This document shows, piece by piece, positions 17,735-25,666 of a stretch of DNA of 64,000 bases. Source of the stretch: Thermoleophilia bacterium (GTDB lineage: Bacteria; Actinomycetota; Thermoleophilia; UBA2241); contig JAXGLO010000001.1 in the NCBI GenBank assembly GCA_040769125.1, positions 656,069 to 720,068 of the forward strand, written 5' to 3'. The notes beneath the pieces were generated by a model, which did not search any database, was not told where the DNA came from, and saw only the letters and a list, made by a program, of their open reading frames with translations. Each line of letters opens with the position of its first letter. The first letter of the stretch is position 1. The position numbers and the translations under genes are program-made.

Positions 17735-18495
17735 TGCTCGGCATTATCAAAGCGATGTGCACGACGCTGAGTCATCTGCCCAAGAAGAAGACCACCGTGC
17801 AGTACCCTGAGCAGCGCGAGCTCCTGCCTGAGCGCAGTCGCGGCCTCATCCGGATGGTCGTCGACCCGGAGACTGGTGAGCCGCGGTGCCGCGCGTGCAC
17901 GGTCTGCGAGACCACCTGCCCTGCGCAGGTGATCCGGGTCAACTACGAGAGCACGTACGATCTCCCGGCCCCCAACGCGGCGCGCATCGCCGAGGTGCGT
18001 CTGGCCGTGCAGCCTGACGTCGATCTCACGCTGCTCCAGCCGGTGATCGACGACCAGCGTGAGCACGGCAAGGAGATCATCGCCGTGCTGCAGAATGTGC
18101 AAGACGTTTACGGCTATCTGCCGCGGGCTGCGCTGCAGGAGGTCGCCCTCCAGACCGGCACGCCGCTCTCGCAGATCTACGGCGTCTCCAGCTTCTACAA
18201 CCAGTTCCGGCTGTCGCCCATCGGCAAGCGCCTCATCGATGTGTGTCACGGTACGGCCTGCCACGTCGCCGGGGCGCCGCAGATCACTGAGGCTCTCGAA
18301 GAGGAGCTGGGCATCGCCGACGGCAAGACGACCAGCGACAGGGAGTTCACGCTGAGCTCCGTGGTGTGCATGGGCGCGTGCTCGCAGGCGCCCGTCATGC
18401 GTATCGGCGACCAGACCTTCGGCAATCTCACCCCCGACAAGACACGCAGGATCATCCGCGACCTCATGACGCAGGTCGGGGCCAAGAAGGGGTGA
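17734..18495 (+). CDS. fusion protein: NuoI N-terminal half (single CxxCxxCxxxCP motif) + NuoE-type thioredoxin-like [2Fe-2S] domain
   Basis: aa 1-70 (MLGIIKAMCTTLSHLPKKKTTVQYPEQRELLPERSRGLIRMVVDPETGEPRCRACTVCETTCPAQVIRV) align with the NuoI N-terminus through its first ferredoxin motif. aa ~115-245 are NuoE-like (VCHGTAC...CMGACSQAP, i.e. Cx4C...Cx3C). TGATG overlap with nuoH. Confidence 0.8.
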   Translation: MLGIIKAMCTTLSHLPKKKTTVQYPEQRELLPERSRGLIRMVVDPETGEPRCRACTVCETTCPAQVIRVNYESTYDLPAPNAARIAEVRLAVQPDVDLTLLQPVIDDQREHGKEIIAVLQNVQDVYGYLPRAALQEVALQTGTPLSQIYGVSSFYNQFRLSPIGKRLIDVCHGTACHVAGAPQITEALEEELGIADGKTTSDREFTLSSVVCMGACSQAPVMRIGDQTFGNLTPDKTRRIIRDLMTQVGAKKG

Positions 18496-18506
18496 CGCGA
18501 AACCAT

Positions 18507-20417
18507 ATGACCGACGATCTCACCAGGAACACGGCCCAGAGCGGCGGCGAGCAGGCCGCCGAGGCGCGCAACGTCAAGGTCTCGCAGGCCGCCGACGGCC
18601 GCTTGCGCGTGAGCGTGTGCGCCGGCACGGCCTGCGTGTTCGCGGGGTCGATGGCCGTCCACGACGCCTTCGTCGAGGAGGTCGAGGCGGCGGGGCTCAA
18701 AGACCGGGTCGAGGTCTCGATCATCGGCTGCCACGGCCTCTGCACGCAGAGCCCCGTGGTCGTCGCCTCGGACGACGTGTTCTACGGCAAGGTCAAGCTT
18801 AAGGACGTCAAGGCGATTGTCGGCGAGCATCTGGTGGACGGCGCCCCGGTCGAGAGGCTCATCTACAAGGATCCCGCGACCGGCGAGGCCGTGCGCGACT
18901 GGCACGAGATCGGGTTCTACCGTGAGCAGACACGTATCGCCCTGCGCAACGTGGGCATCGTCAACCCCGAGAGCATCGACGATGCGCTGGCGCGCGGCAG
19001 CTACGAAGCGGCGCGTACGGCGCTTACGACGATGACGCCGGACGAGATCATCGAGCTGGTGGAAGCGTCCGGCATCCGTGGGCGCGGTGGCGCCGGGTTC
19101 CCCACCGGCGCCAAGTGGCGGGTCGCGCGACAGTCCTCGGGGGACGAGAAGTACGTCATCTGCAACGGCGACGAGGGCGACCCCGGCGCGTTCATGGACG
19201 CCTCCATCATGGACGGCGATCCGCACGCCGTGCTCGAGGGCATGCTGATCGCCGGCTTCGCGATCGGCGCACACGAGGGCTACATCTTCGTGCGCGCCGA
19301 GTACCCCCTGGCGGTCAGGCGCCTCAGAGCGGCGATCGCCGCCGCCGAGGAGCGCGGGTATCTCGGCGACGATATCTTCGGCTCCGGCTGGCGGTTCCGC
19401 GTTCATCTCAAGCTCGGCGCGGGCGCCTTCGTCTGTGGCGAGGAGACCGCGCTCATCGCCTCGATCGAGGGCCGGCGGGGCACGCCGCGCGTGCGGCCGC
19501 CATACCCCGCCGTCTCCGGCCTCGGCGGCAAGCCGACCAGCATCAACAACGTCGAGACTCTAGCGAACATCCCGTGGATCGTCACGCACGGAGCCGAGGC
19601 GTACAGCGAGCTCGGCTGTGATGCCAGTTGCGGCACCAAGGCCTTCTCGCTGGCCGGCAAGATCGTCAACGGCGGTCTCGCTGAGGTTCCCATGGGCTCA
19701 ACCCTGCGCCACCTCATCTTCGAGGTCGGCGGCGGCGTCAAGGACGGCAGGGAGTTCAAGGCCGTCCAGCTCGGCGGCCCTTCGGGCGGTTGTCTGCCCG
19801 CGGCCCTGCTCGACACGGCGATCGACTACGAGAGTCTGGCCGCCACCGGCGCCATCGTCGGGTCGGGCGGCATGGTGGTCATGGACGACCAGACCTGTAT
19901 GGTCGACCTCGCACGGTTCTTCCTGCATTTCACGCAGAAGGAAAGCTGCGGCAAGTGCGTCCCCTGCCGTCTTGGCACGAAGCGCATGCTCGAGATCCTC
20001 GACCGCATCTGTGCTGGTCAGGGCTGCGAAGGCGACATCGAGATCCTCGAGGAGCTTGCCCACTCCATCATCGAAGGCTCGCTGTGTGCTCTGGGTGGCA
20101 CGGCGCCCAACCCCGTGCTCACGACGATCAGGTACTTCCGCGACGAATACGAGGCGCATATCCGCGAGAAGCGCTGCCCCGCTGGCGCGTGCAAGGCGCT
20201 CATCACCTACTACATCGATCCGGAGGCCTGCACCGGTTGCACCTTGTGCGTCAAGAAGTGCCCCAGTCAGGCGATCACCGGCGAGAAGAAGCAGCCGCAC
20301 GTCATCGACGCGGCGGGCTGTATCAAGTGCGATACGTGCCGTCAGGTGTGCAAGTTCGACGCCGTCAAGGTGCGCTCGGGCATCCCGCAGGCGGCCGGCG
20401 TGGACGGGGAGGGGTGA
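18507..20417 (+). CDS. nuoF: NuoF/HydB-type flavoprotein (FMN, NADH site, N3 cluster) with extra N-terminal [2Fe-2S] and C-terminal 2x[4Fe-4S] domains
   Basis: N-terminal VCAGTAC...GCHGLCTQSP; GRGGAGFPTGAKW (FMN); ICNGDEGDPGAF (NADH); ESCGKCVPCR...SLCALG (N3). C-terminal CTGCTLCVKKCP and CIKCDTCRQVC. Confidence 0.85.
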   Translation: MTDDLTRNTAQSGGEQAAEARNVKVSQAADGRLRVSVCAGTACVFAGSMAVHDAFVEEVEAAGLKDRVEVSIIGCHGLCTQSPVVVASDDVFYGKVKLKDVKAIVGEHLVDGAPVERLIYKDPATGEAVRDWHEIGFYREQTRIALRNVGIVNPESIDDALARGSYEAARTALTTMTPDEIIELVEASGIRGRGGAGFPTGAKWRVARQSSGDEKYVICNGDEGDPGAFMDASIMDGDPHAVLEGMLIAGFAIGAHEGYIFVRAEYPLAVRRLRAAIAAAEERGYLGDDIFGSGWRFRVHLKLGAGAFVCGEETALIASIEGRRGTPRVRPPYPAVSGLGGKPTSINNVETLANIPWIVTHGAEAYSELGCDASCGTKAFSLAGKIVNGGLAEVPMGSTLRHLIFEVGGGVKDGREFKAVQLGGPSGGCLPAALLDTAIDYESLAATGAIVGSGGMVVMDDQTCMVDLARFFLHFTQKESCGKCVPCRLGTKRMLEILDRICAGQGCEGDIEILEELAHSIIEGSLCALGGTAPNPVLTTIRYFRDEYEAHIREKRCPAGACKALITYYIDPEACTGCTLCVKKCPSQAITGEKKQPHVIDAAGCIKCDTCRQVCKFDAVKVRSGIPQAAGVDGEG

Positions 20418-20423
20418 TGTAGC

Positions 20424-22898
20424 GTGGCGACGACCGCTGACGACGTCATGCGCGCTCAGGCTCAGCGCCCCGACCAGATCACGCTGACCATCGACGGCCA
20501 CGAGGTCCGCTGCGACCGCGGCGAGACGATCCTGGAGGCGGCGCGGCGCGTGGGCGTCTACATCCCCACGCTCTGCCACGAGCCGCGCCTGCCGGCCACT
20601 GCCGCCTGCCGCGTCTGCCTCGTGGAGGTGGAGGGCGCCCGCAAGACGGTTCCCAGCTGCTCCACGGCCGCCGCTGAGGGCATGGTCGTGCACACGCAGA
20701 CCGAGAAGGTCCGCGCCATGCGCCGCCTCTACCTCGAGCTCCTGCTCAGCGACCACAGCTCCTTCTGCACGCCACCCTGTCGCGACGCCTGCCCCACGCA
20801 CATCAAGATCCCACAGTTCCTGGATCTGATCGCGCACGGCGACTACAGGAACGGCGTTCGCAAGCTGCGTGAGGATCTGCCCTTCCCGTCCGTTCTGGGA
20901 CGCGTCTGCCCGCGGCCCTGCGAGAGTTCCTGTCGCCGGGATCTCGCCGACAACCCCATCTCGATCTGCTGGCTGCATCGCTTCATGGGCGACCAGTGCC
21001 TCGATGAGCAGCAGGACGGCGAGCTGCTGCTGCCTGTCGATCCCAAACCTGAGAGCGGCAAGCGCATCGCCATCGTCGGCGGCGGCCCCGCCGGCCTCTC
21101 CGCCGCCTTCTACTCCCGGCTCGAGGGCCACGCGGTCAAGATCTTCGAGGCGCAGGCCAAGCCCGGCGGTATGCTGCGCTACGGCATTCCCAGCTATCGC
21201 ATGCCTCGCGAGGTGCTCGACAAGGAGCTGAACATCCTCTGGCGCATGGGCGTCGAGCTCCAGACAGACGTACGCCTCGGCGTCGACTTCCAGCTCGGCG
21301 ATCTTCGCGACGAGTACGACGCCGTATTCCTCGCCCTGGGCGCCTTCAACTCGAACGAAATGAAGATCCCCGGCGAGGACGCCGACGGCGTCGTCACCGC
21401 CATCGATTTCCTCGGCGACCTCGAGCGCGACGGCACCGTCCACGTCGGCAACAAGGTCACCGTCATCGGCGGCGGCTTCACCGCCATGGACGCCTGCCGC
21501 ACCGCCGTGCGCCTCGGTGCAGAAGAGGTCACCTGTCTCTACCGGCGCTCGCGCAAGGAGATGCCCGCCCACTACACCGAGGTCGACGAGGCCGAGGAGG
21601 AGGGCGTCAAGCTGGAGCTGCTGGTGGCGCCGGTGCGCATCATGGTCGAAGGCAACAAGGTTGCCGGCATCGAGATGCAGCGCATGGAGCTCGGCGAGCC
21701 CGACGCCTCCGGCCGCCGTCGCCCCGTGCCCGTCGAGGGGTCGGAGTTCGTCATCGAGTGCGACCAGGTTGTCGCTGCCATCGGCCAGTATCCCAAACTC
21801 GACGGCACCAGCGAGGAGCAAGGCATCAAGCGCACTCGCTGGCGCACGATCGAGGTCGACGACTGGACGCTGCAGACCGCCGACCCCAAGGTCTTCGCCG
21901 GCGGCGACGTCGTGCTCGGCGCGCAGACCGTCGTCCAGGCGATCGCCCAGGGCAAGAAGGCCGCCTGGAGCATCGACGCCTTCTTGCGCGGCGCCGACAT
22001 GAAGGATGTCTCCCGGCAGCTCGCCGAGCTCAAGGCGTCGCCGTTCCTGGCCGCGCTTTCTCAGAAGGACGACCTCGACCCGCGTATCGCACGCCTCGCC
22101 GAGATCCCGCCGGTGTTCATCGACATGACTACCGACGTTACGCATCCAGCGCCGCCGGCTGAGATGCCCAGGCTCACGCCCGACGAACGCAAGACCAACT
22201 TCGAGCAGATCGAGTTCGGGCTCCACGAGGACGTTGCGGTGAACGCCGCCAAGCTCTGCCTGCAGTGTCACTGCCCGGCCAACGGCTCGTGCGAGCTGCA
22301 GAAGCTCGGCATCGAATACGAGGTCTTCGAGAACCGGTTCCACGGCGGCGAGACGCACGACTACCCCGCCGACTTCCGCCACGATTTCGTCATGCGCGAG
22401 CCCAACCGCTGCATCAACTGCGGTCGCTGCGTCGAGGTCTGCCGGCAGGAGATCGGGGCGAGCTGCTACGACTTCATGGGCCGCGGTTTCGACGCCATCG
22501 TCTCGACTCCCGACAACCTCCCGCTGCACATGGTCGGCTGCATCTCCTGTGGCAAGTGTGCCGAGACATGCCCCACCGGTGCGATCACCACCAACCCGCG
22601 GCTGCTCATCCGCTACGATCTCGACGAGAGCCGCTGCATCTTCTGCGGCGACTGCGTCGAGGCGTGCCCCTACGATGCGCTGGAGCAGACGAGCTACTTC
22701 GAGCTGGCCAGCTATAGTCGCACGGATCTGGTGCAGGAGTCGCTGTACGTACGCGAGCCACGCCCCGCCGATGGCCTCGGGGAGACGGTGCCCGACCAGG
22801 CGCCTCATACCCGCGACAGCCAGCGCGGCCGCGGCTGGGTCTGGACTCCCATCAAGGACGAGCCCGTAGTGCTCGACGACTCGGAGGGGGGCGCCTGA
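20424..22898 (+). CDS. multidomain protein: NuoG/HydA-type [2Fe-2S] + GltD/NfnB-like FAD/NAD(P)H oxidoreductase + NuoG/HydA-type [4Fe-4S] domains + NuoI C-terminal half
   Basis: aa 18-100: plant-type [2Fe-2S] (LCH..ACRVC..PSCS). aa ~105-525: GltD-like (FCTPPCRDACPTHIKIPQF, VCPRPCESSC, IVGGGPAGL, VIGGGFTAMD...LYRRS). aa 610-722: CLQCHCPANGSCELQ, CINCGRCVEVC and CISCGKCAETCPTGAI. aa 725-775: LIRYDLDESRCIFCGDCVEACPYDALEQTSYFELASYSRTDL, which is the NuoI second motif plus the NuoI C-terminal signature. Confidence 0.8.
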   Translation: MATTADDVMRAQAQRPDQITLTIDGHEVRCDRGETILEAARRVGVYIPTLCHEPRLPATAACRVCLVEVEGARKTVPSCSTAAAEGMVVHTQTEKVRAMRRLYLELLLSDHSSFCTPPCRDACPTHIKIPQFLDLIAHGDYRNGVRKLREDLPFPSVLGRVCPRPCESSCRRDLADNPISICWLHRFMGDQCLDEQQDGELLLPVDPKPESGKRIAIVGGGPAGLSAAFYSRLEGHAVKIFEAQAKPGGMLRYGIPSYRMPREVLDKELNILWRMGVELQTDVRLGVDFQLGDLRDEYDAVFLALGAFNSNEMKIPGEDADGVVTAIDFLGDLERDGTVHVGNKVTVIGGGFTAMDACRTAVRLGAEEVTCLYRRSRKEMPAHYTEVDEAEEEGVKLELLVAPVRIMVEGNKVAGIEMQRMELGEPDASGRRRPVPVEGSEFVIECDQVVAAIGQYPKLDGTSEEQGIKRTRWRTIEVDDWTLQTADPKVFAGGDVVLGAQTVVQAIAQGKKAAWSIDAFLRGADMKDVSRQLAELKASPFLAALSQKDDLDPRIARLAEIPPVFIDMTTDVTHPAPPAEMPRLTPDERKTNFEQIEFGLHEDVAVNAAKLCLQCHCPANGSCELQKLGIEYEVFENRFHGGETHDYPADFRHDFVMREPNRCINCGRCVEVCRQEIGASCYDFMGRGFDAIVSTPDNLPLHMVGCISCGKCAETCPTGAITTNPRLLIRYDLDESRCIFCGDCVEACPYDALEQTSYFELASYSRTDLVQESLYVREPRPADGLGETVPDQAPHTRDSQRGRGWVWTPIKDEPVVLDDSEGGA

Positions 22899-23410
22899 TG
22901 CCTGGTGGCGACTTCCACCCCTGGCTGTTCGTAATGGTTGCGGCGTGGGTCCTCATCTGCGGGCTCGGCGTCGTGCTCTTCAGAAACATCGTGTACTCTG
23001 CCGTCGCGATGGTGTTCTGCTTCCTCGGCATTGCCTTCGCCTACGCCCTGCTCAATTCGGCGCTTCTGGCGATCGTGCAGATCCTCGTCTACGTCGGCGC
23101 CATCTCGGTGGTGATCATCTTCGCGATCATGCTCACTGAAAAGCGGAAGGGCGGCTTCGACCTGTTCTTCAACCGCCAGACGGTGGTAGCGGCGCTTGTC
23201 GCGATCGCCGGCGCCGTCGCGCTTGCCGTGGCGGTCGGCGGCGCCGGGCTCGGCGCTGTGGTTCCCAAGGCGTTCAACCCCGGGGTGCGGCGGCTCTCCC
23301 AGATCCTGTTCGACCGCTTTGTCTTCCCGTTCGAGCTGGTGTCGCTGGTTCTGGTAGCCGCCATGGTTGGCGCCATCGTTCTCTCGCTCAAGAAGGAGGA
23401 GCGGCCGTGA
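22898..23410 (+). CDS. nuoJ: NADH-quinone oxidoreductase subunit J
   Basis: TGATG overlap with the preceding gene. 5 TM; LLAIVQILVYVGAISVVIIFAIML signature. Confidence 0.85.
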   Translation: MPGGDFHPWLFVMVAAWVLICGLGVVLFRNIVYSAVAMVFCFLGIAFAYALLNSALLAIVQILVYVGAISVVIIFAIMLTEKRKGGFDLFFNRQTVVAALVAIAGAVALAVAVGGAGLGAVVPKAFNPGVRRLSQILFDRFVFPFELVSLVLVAAMVGAIVLSLKKEERP

Positions 23411-23715
23411 GCGCCCTCTCGTGGTGGCTTGTTCTGGCGTCTCTGCTCTTCTGCATCGGCGCCTTCGGCGTGCTTTCGAGGCGCAACATCATCCAGGTGG
23501 TGATGAGCCTCGAGGTGATGCTCAACGCCGTCAACCTGGCGCTCGTGGCGATCGCCAACTTCCGCGGCGGCTCCGAGGGCGCCGGCACGCTCTTCTCGTT
23601 GTTCATCATCGCCGTGGCGGCCGCCGAGGTCGCCGTGGGTCTCGCCATCATCATCGCCAACTATCGCAATAAGCGGACCGTCCAGGTGGATCGGTTCGAC
23701 GAGCTCAAGGGCTAG
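23407..23715 (+). CDS. nuoK: NADH-quinone oxidoreductase subunit K
   Basis: 102 aa, 3 TM; SLEVMLNAVNLALVA...AVAAAEVAVGLAII. Confidence 0.9.
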   Translation: MSALSWWLVLASLLFCIGAFGVLSRRNIIQVVMSLEVMLNAVNLALVAIANFRGGSEGAGTLFSLFIIAVAAAEVAVGLAIIIANYRNKRTVQVDRFDELKG

Positions 23716-23727
23716 GCAGGAGCGCGC

Positions 23728-25665
23728 GTGGAAGCAGCAGTACAGCAGATCGTGGTGGAGGGTACGCAGTCCCTGAAGGCTGCGGTAGCGCTGATCCCAC
23801 TGCTGCCGCTGGCCGGATTCCTGCTCACCCTGCTCTTCGGCAAGCGGATGGGCGAGCGGGCGCACGTGCTGCCCGTGGCTCTCGTCACCGCCACGGCCGC
23901 CCTCTCGGTGTACGTCTTCGTGTGGGCCTTCCGGCACCCTGGGGAGGCGTTCGTCTGGGACGCGTTCTCCTGGATCGTCGCCGGTGGTTACTCGGTGCAG
24001 TGGGGCTTTCTCGTCGACCCGCTCACCGGCATCATGCTGCTGGTCGTCGGCCTTATCGGCATGCTGGTGCACTATTACTCGATCGGCTACATGAAGGGCG
24101 ACGGCGGCTACTACCGCTTCTTCGCCTATCTCAACCTCTTCATGTTCGCGATGTTCATGCTCATCCTCGCGGACAACTACCTGCTGCTCTTCCTCGGCTG
24201 GGAGGGCGTCGGCCTCTGCTCGTACCTGCTCATCGCGTTCTGGTTCCGCAAGAAGAGCGCGAGCCAGGCCGGCAAGAAGGCGTTCCTGGTCAACCGTGTA
24301 GGCGATTTCGGTTTCCTGCTGGCGATGTTCCTCATCTTCGTCACGACCGGCACGCTGCAGTTCACGGGCGTCTTCGACAAGGCTGAGATGATCGGATCGG
24401 GCACGCTCCTCTGTATCTGTCTGCTGCTCTTCACCGGTGCGGTCGGCAAGAGCGCCCAGTTCCCGCTGCACGTGTGGCTGCCCGATGCCATGGAGGGTCC
24501 CACGCCGGTCAGCGCCCTCATTCACGCCGCCACGATGGTCAACGCCGGCGTCTACATGGTGGCGCGCTCGTATCCGCTGTACATCAACGCGGAGACGGCG
24601 ATGCTCGTGGTCATGGCCGTCGGCGCCTTCACCGCGATCTACTCGGCCTACATCGCGATCACCCAGAACGACATCAAGAAGGTGATCGCCTACTCGACCA
24701 TCTCGTCACTGGGATTCATGTTCCTTGCGCTCGGCGCGGGGGCGTGGACGGCCGGCATCTTCTACCTCTTCGTGCACGGCTTCTTCAAGGGCCTCCTCTT
24801 CCTGTGCTCCGGCTCGGTGATCCATGCTGTGGGCGGCGAGCAGGACATGCGGCGGATGGGAGGGCTGCACACGCGTATCCCGATCACCTTCTGGACGATG
24901 CTCATCGGCGCGATCGCGCTCATCGGCGTCTTCCCGTTCGCGGGCTTCTGGGCCAAGGACGAAATCCTGGGCGGCGCCTTCATGGGCGGCTACTACGTGG
25001 TTTGGGCAGTCGGCATCGTCACAGCCTTCCTCACGGCGATCTTCGCCTTCCGCATGATCTTCCTCACCTTCTTCGGCGAGTGCCGGGCGCCCGCCGAGGT
25101 CCAGAGCCACATCCACGAGTCGCCATGGGTCATGACCCTGCCGCTCGTGCTGCTGGCTATCCCTTCTGTGGCTGCGGGCGTCCTCGTCGGCTGGCCGCCG
25201 GAGTCCGGCTGGATCCACTCGTTCCTGGCGCCCGTGTTCTTCGACGCCAAGCATCACGAGTTCAGCTGGCTCGGCGTCGGCGGCGGCCTCATGGTTCTCT
25301 CGGTGGCCGTCGCGCTGCTGGGCGTCTACGTCGCCTACGTGATGTACATGCGTCGTACGGAGCTGCCTGGCCAGCTTGCGCAGCGCTTCCCGGCGGCCTA
25401 CAGGGCTTCGCTGAACAAGCTGTACATGGATGAGGCGTACGAGGTCGTGCCGATCCGCAGCACGATCGGCCTCGCCACCTGGCTGTGGAAGTTCTTCGAC
25501 GTCCGCGTCATCGACGGTGCGGTCAACGGTGTGGCCCGGCTGTGGGGCGGCTTCGGTGCGCGTCTGCGCCCGCTGCAGACTGGGCAGGTGCAGAACTACG
25601 CGCTCTCGATCTTCGCCGGCATGGTCATCCTGGTCGTCGTCCTCGCCTGGATCTGGGGGGCCTGA
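23728..25665 (+). CDS. nuoL: NADH-quinone oxidoreductase subunit L
   Basis: 645 aa antiporter-like subunit. GWEGVGLCSYLLIAFW, KSAQFPLHVWLPDAMEGPTPVSALIHAATMV. Confidence 0.9.
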   Translation: MEAAVQQIVVEGTQSLKAAVALIPLLPLAGFLLTLLFGKRMGERAHVLPVALVTATAALSVYVFVWAFRHPGEAFVWDAFSWIVAGGYSVQWGFLVDPLTGIMLLVVGLIGMLVHYYSIGYMKGDGGYYRFFAYLNLFMFAMFMLILADNYLLLFLGWEGVGLCSYLLIAFWFRKKSASQAGKKAFLVNRVGDFGFLLAMFLIFVTTGTLQFTGVFDKAEMIGSGTLLCICLLLFTGAVGKSAQFPLHVWLPDAMEGPTPVSALIHAATMVNAGVYMVARSYPLYINAETAMLVVMAVGAFTAIYSAYIAITQNDIKKVIAYSTISSLGFMFLALGAGAWTAGIFYLFVHGFFKGLLFLCSGSVIHAVGGEQDMRRMGGLHTRIPITFWTMLIGAIALIGVFPFAGFWAKDEILGGAFMGGYYVVWAVGIVTAFLTAIFAFRMIFLTFFGECRAPAEVQSHIHESPWVMTLPLVLLAIPSVAAGVLVGWPPESGWIHSFLAPVFFDAKHHEFSWLGVGGGLMVLSVAVALLGVYVAYVMYMRRTELPGQLAQRFPAAYRASLNKLYMDEAYEVVPIRSTIGLATWLWKFFDVRVIDGAVNGVARLWGGFGARLRPLQTGQVQNYALSIFAGMVILVVVLAWIWGA

Positions 25666-25666
25666 C

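Noticed and set aside
19698-22808. Very long antisense or out-of-frame ORFs. Examples: 19698-22808(-) 1036 aa, 25625-29053(-) 1142 aa, 55823-58213(-) 796 aa, 38478-41153(-) 891 aa, 711-2390(+), 23089-24525(-), 45758-47188(+).
   Set aside because: Their translations are Arg/Gly/Asp/Ala/His-rich, low-complexity and motif-free. Each lies opposite or out of frame to an ORF with unmistakable family signatures. Such stop-free shadow frames are expected at ~70% GC.
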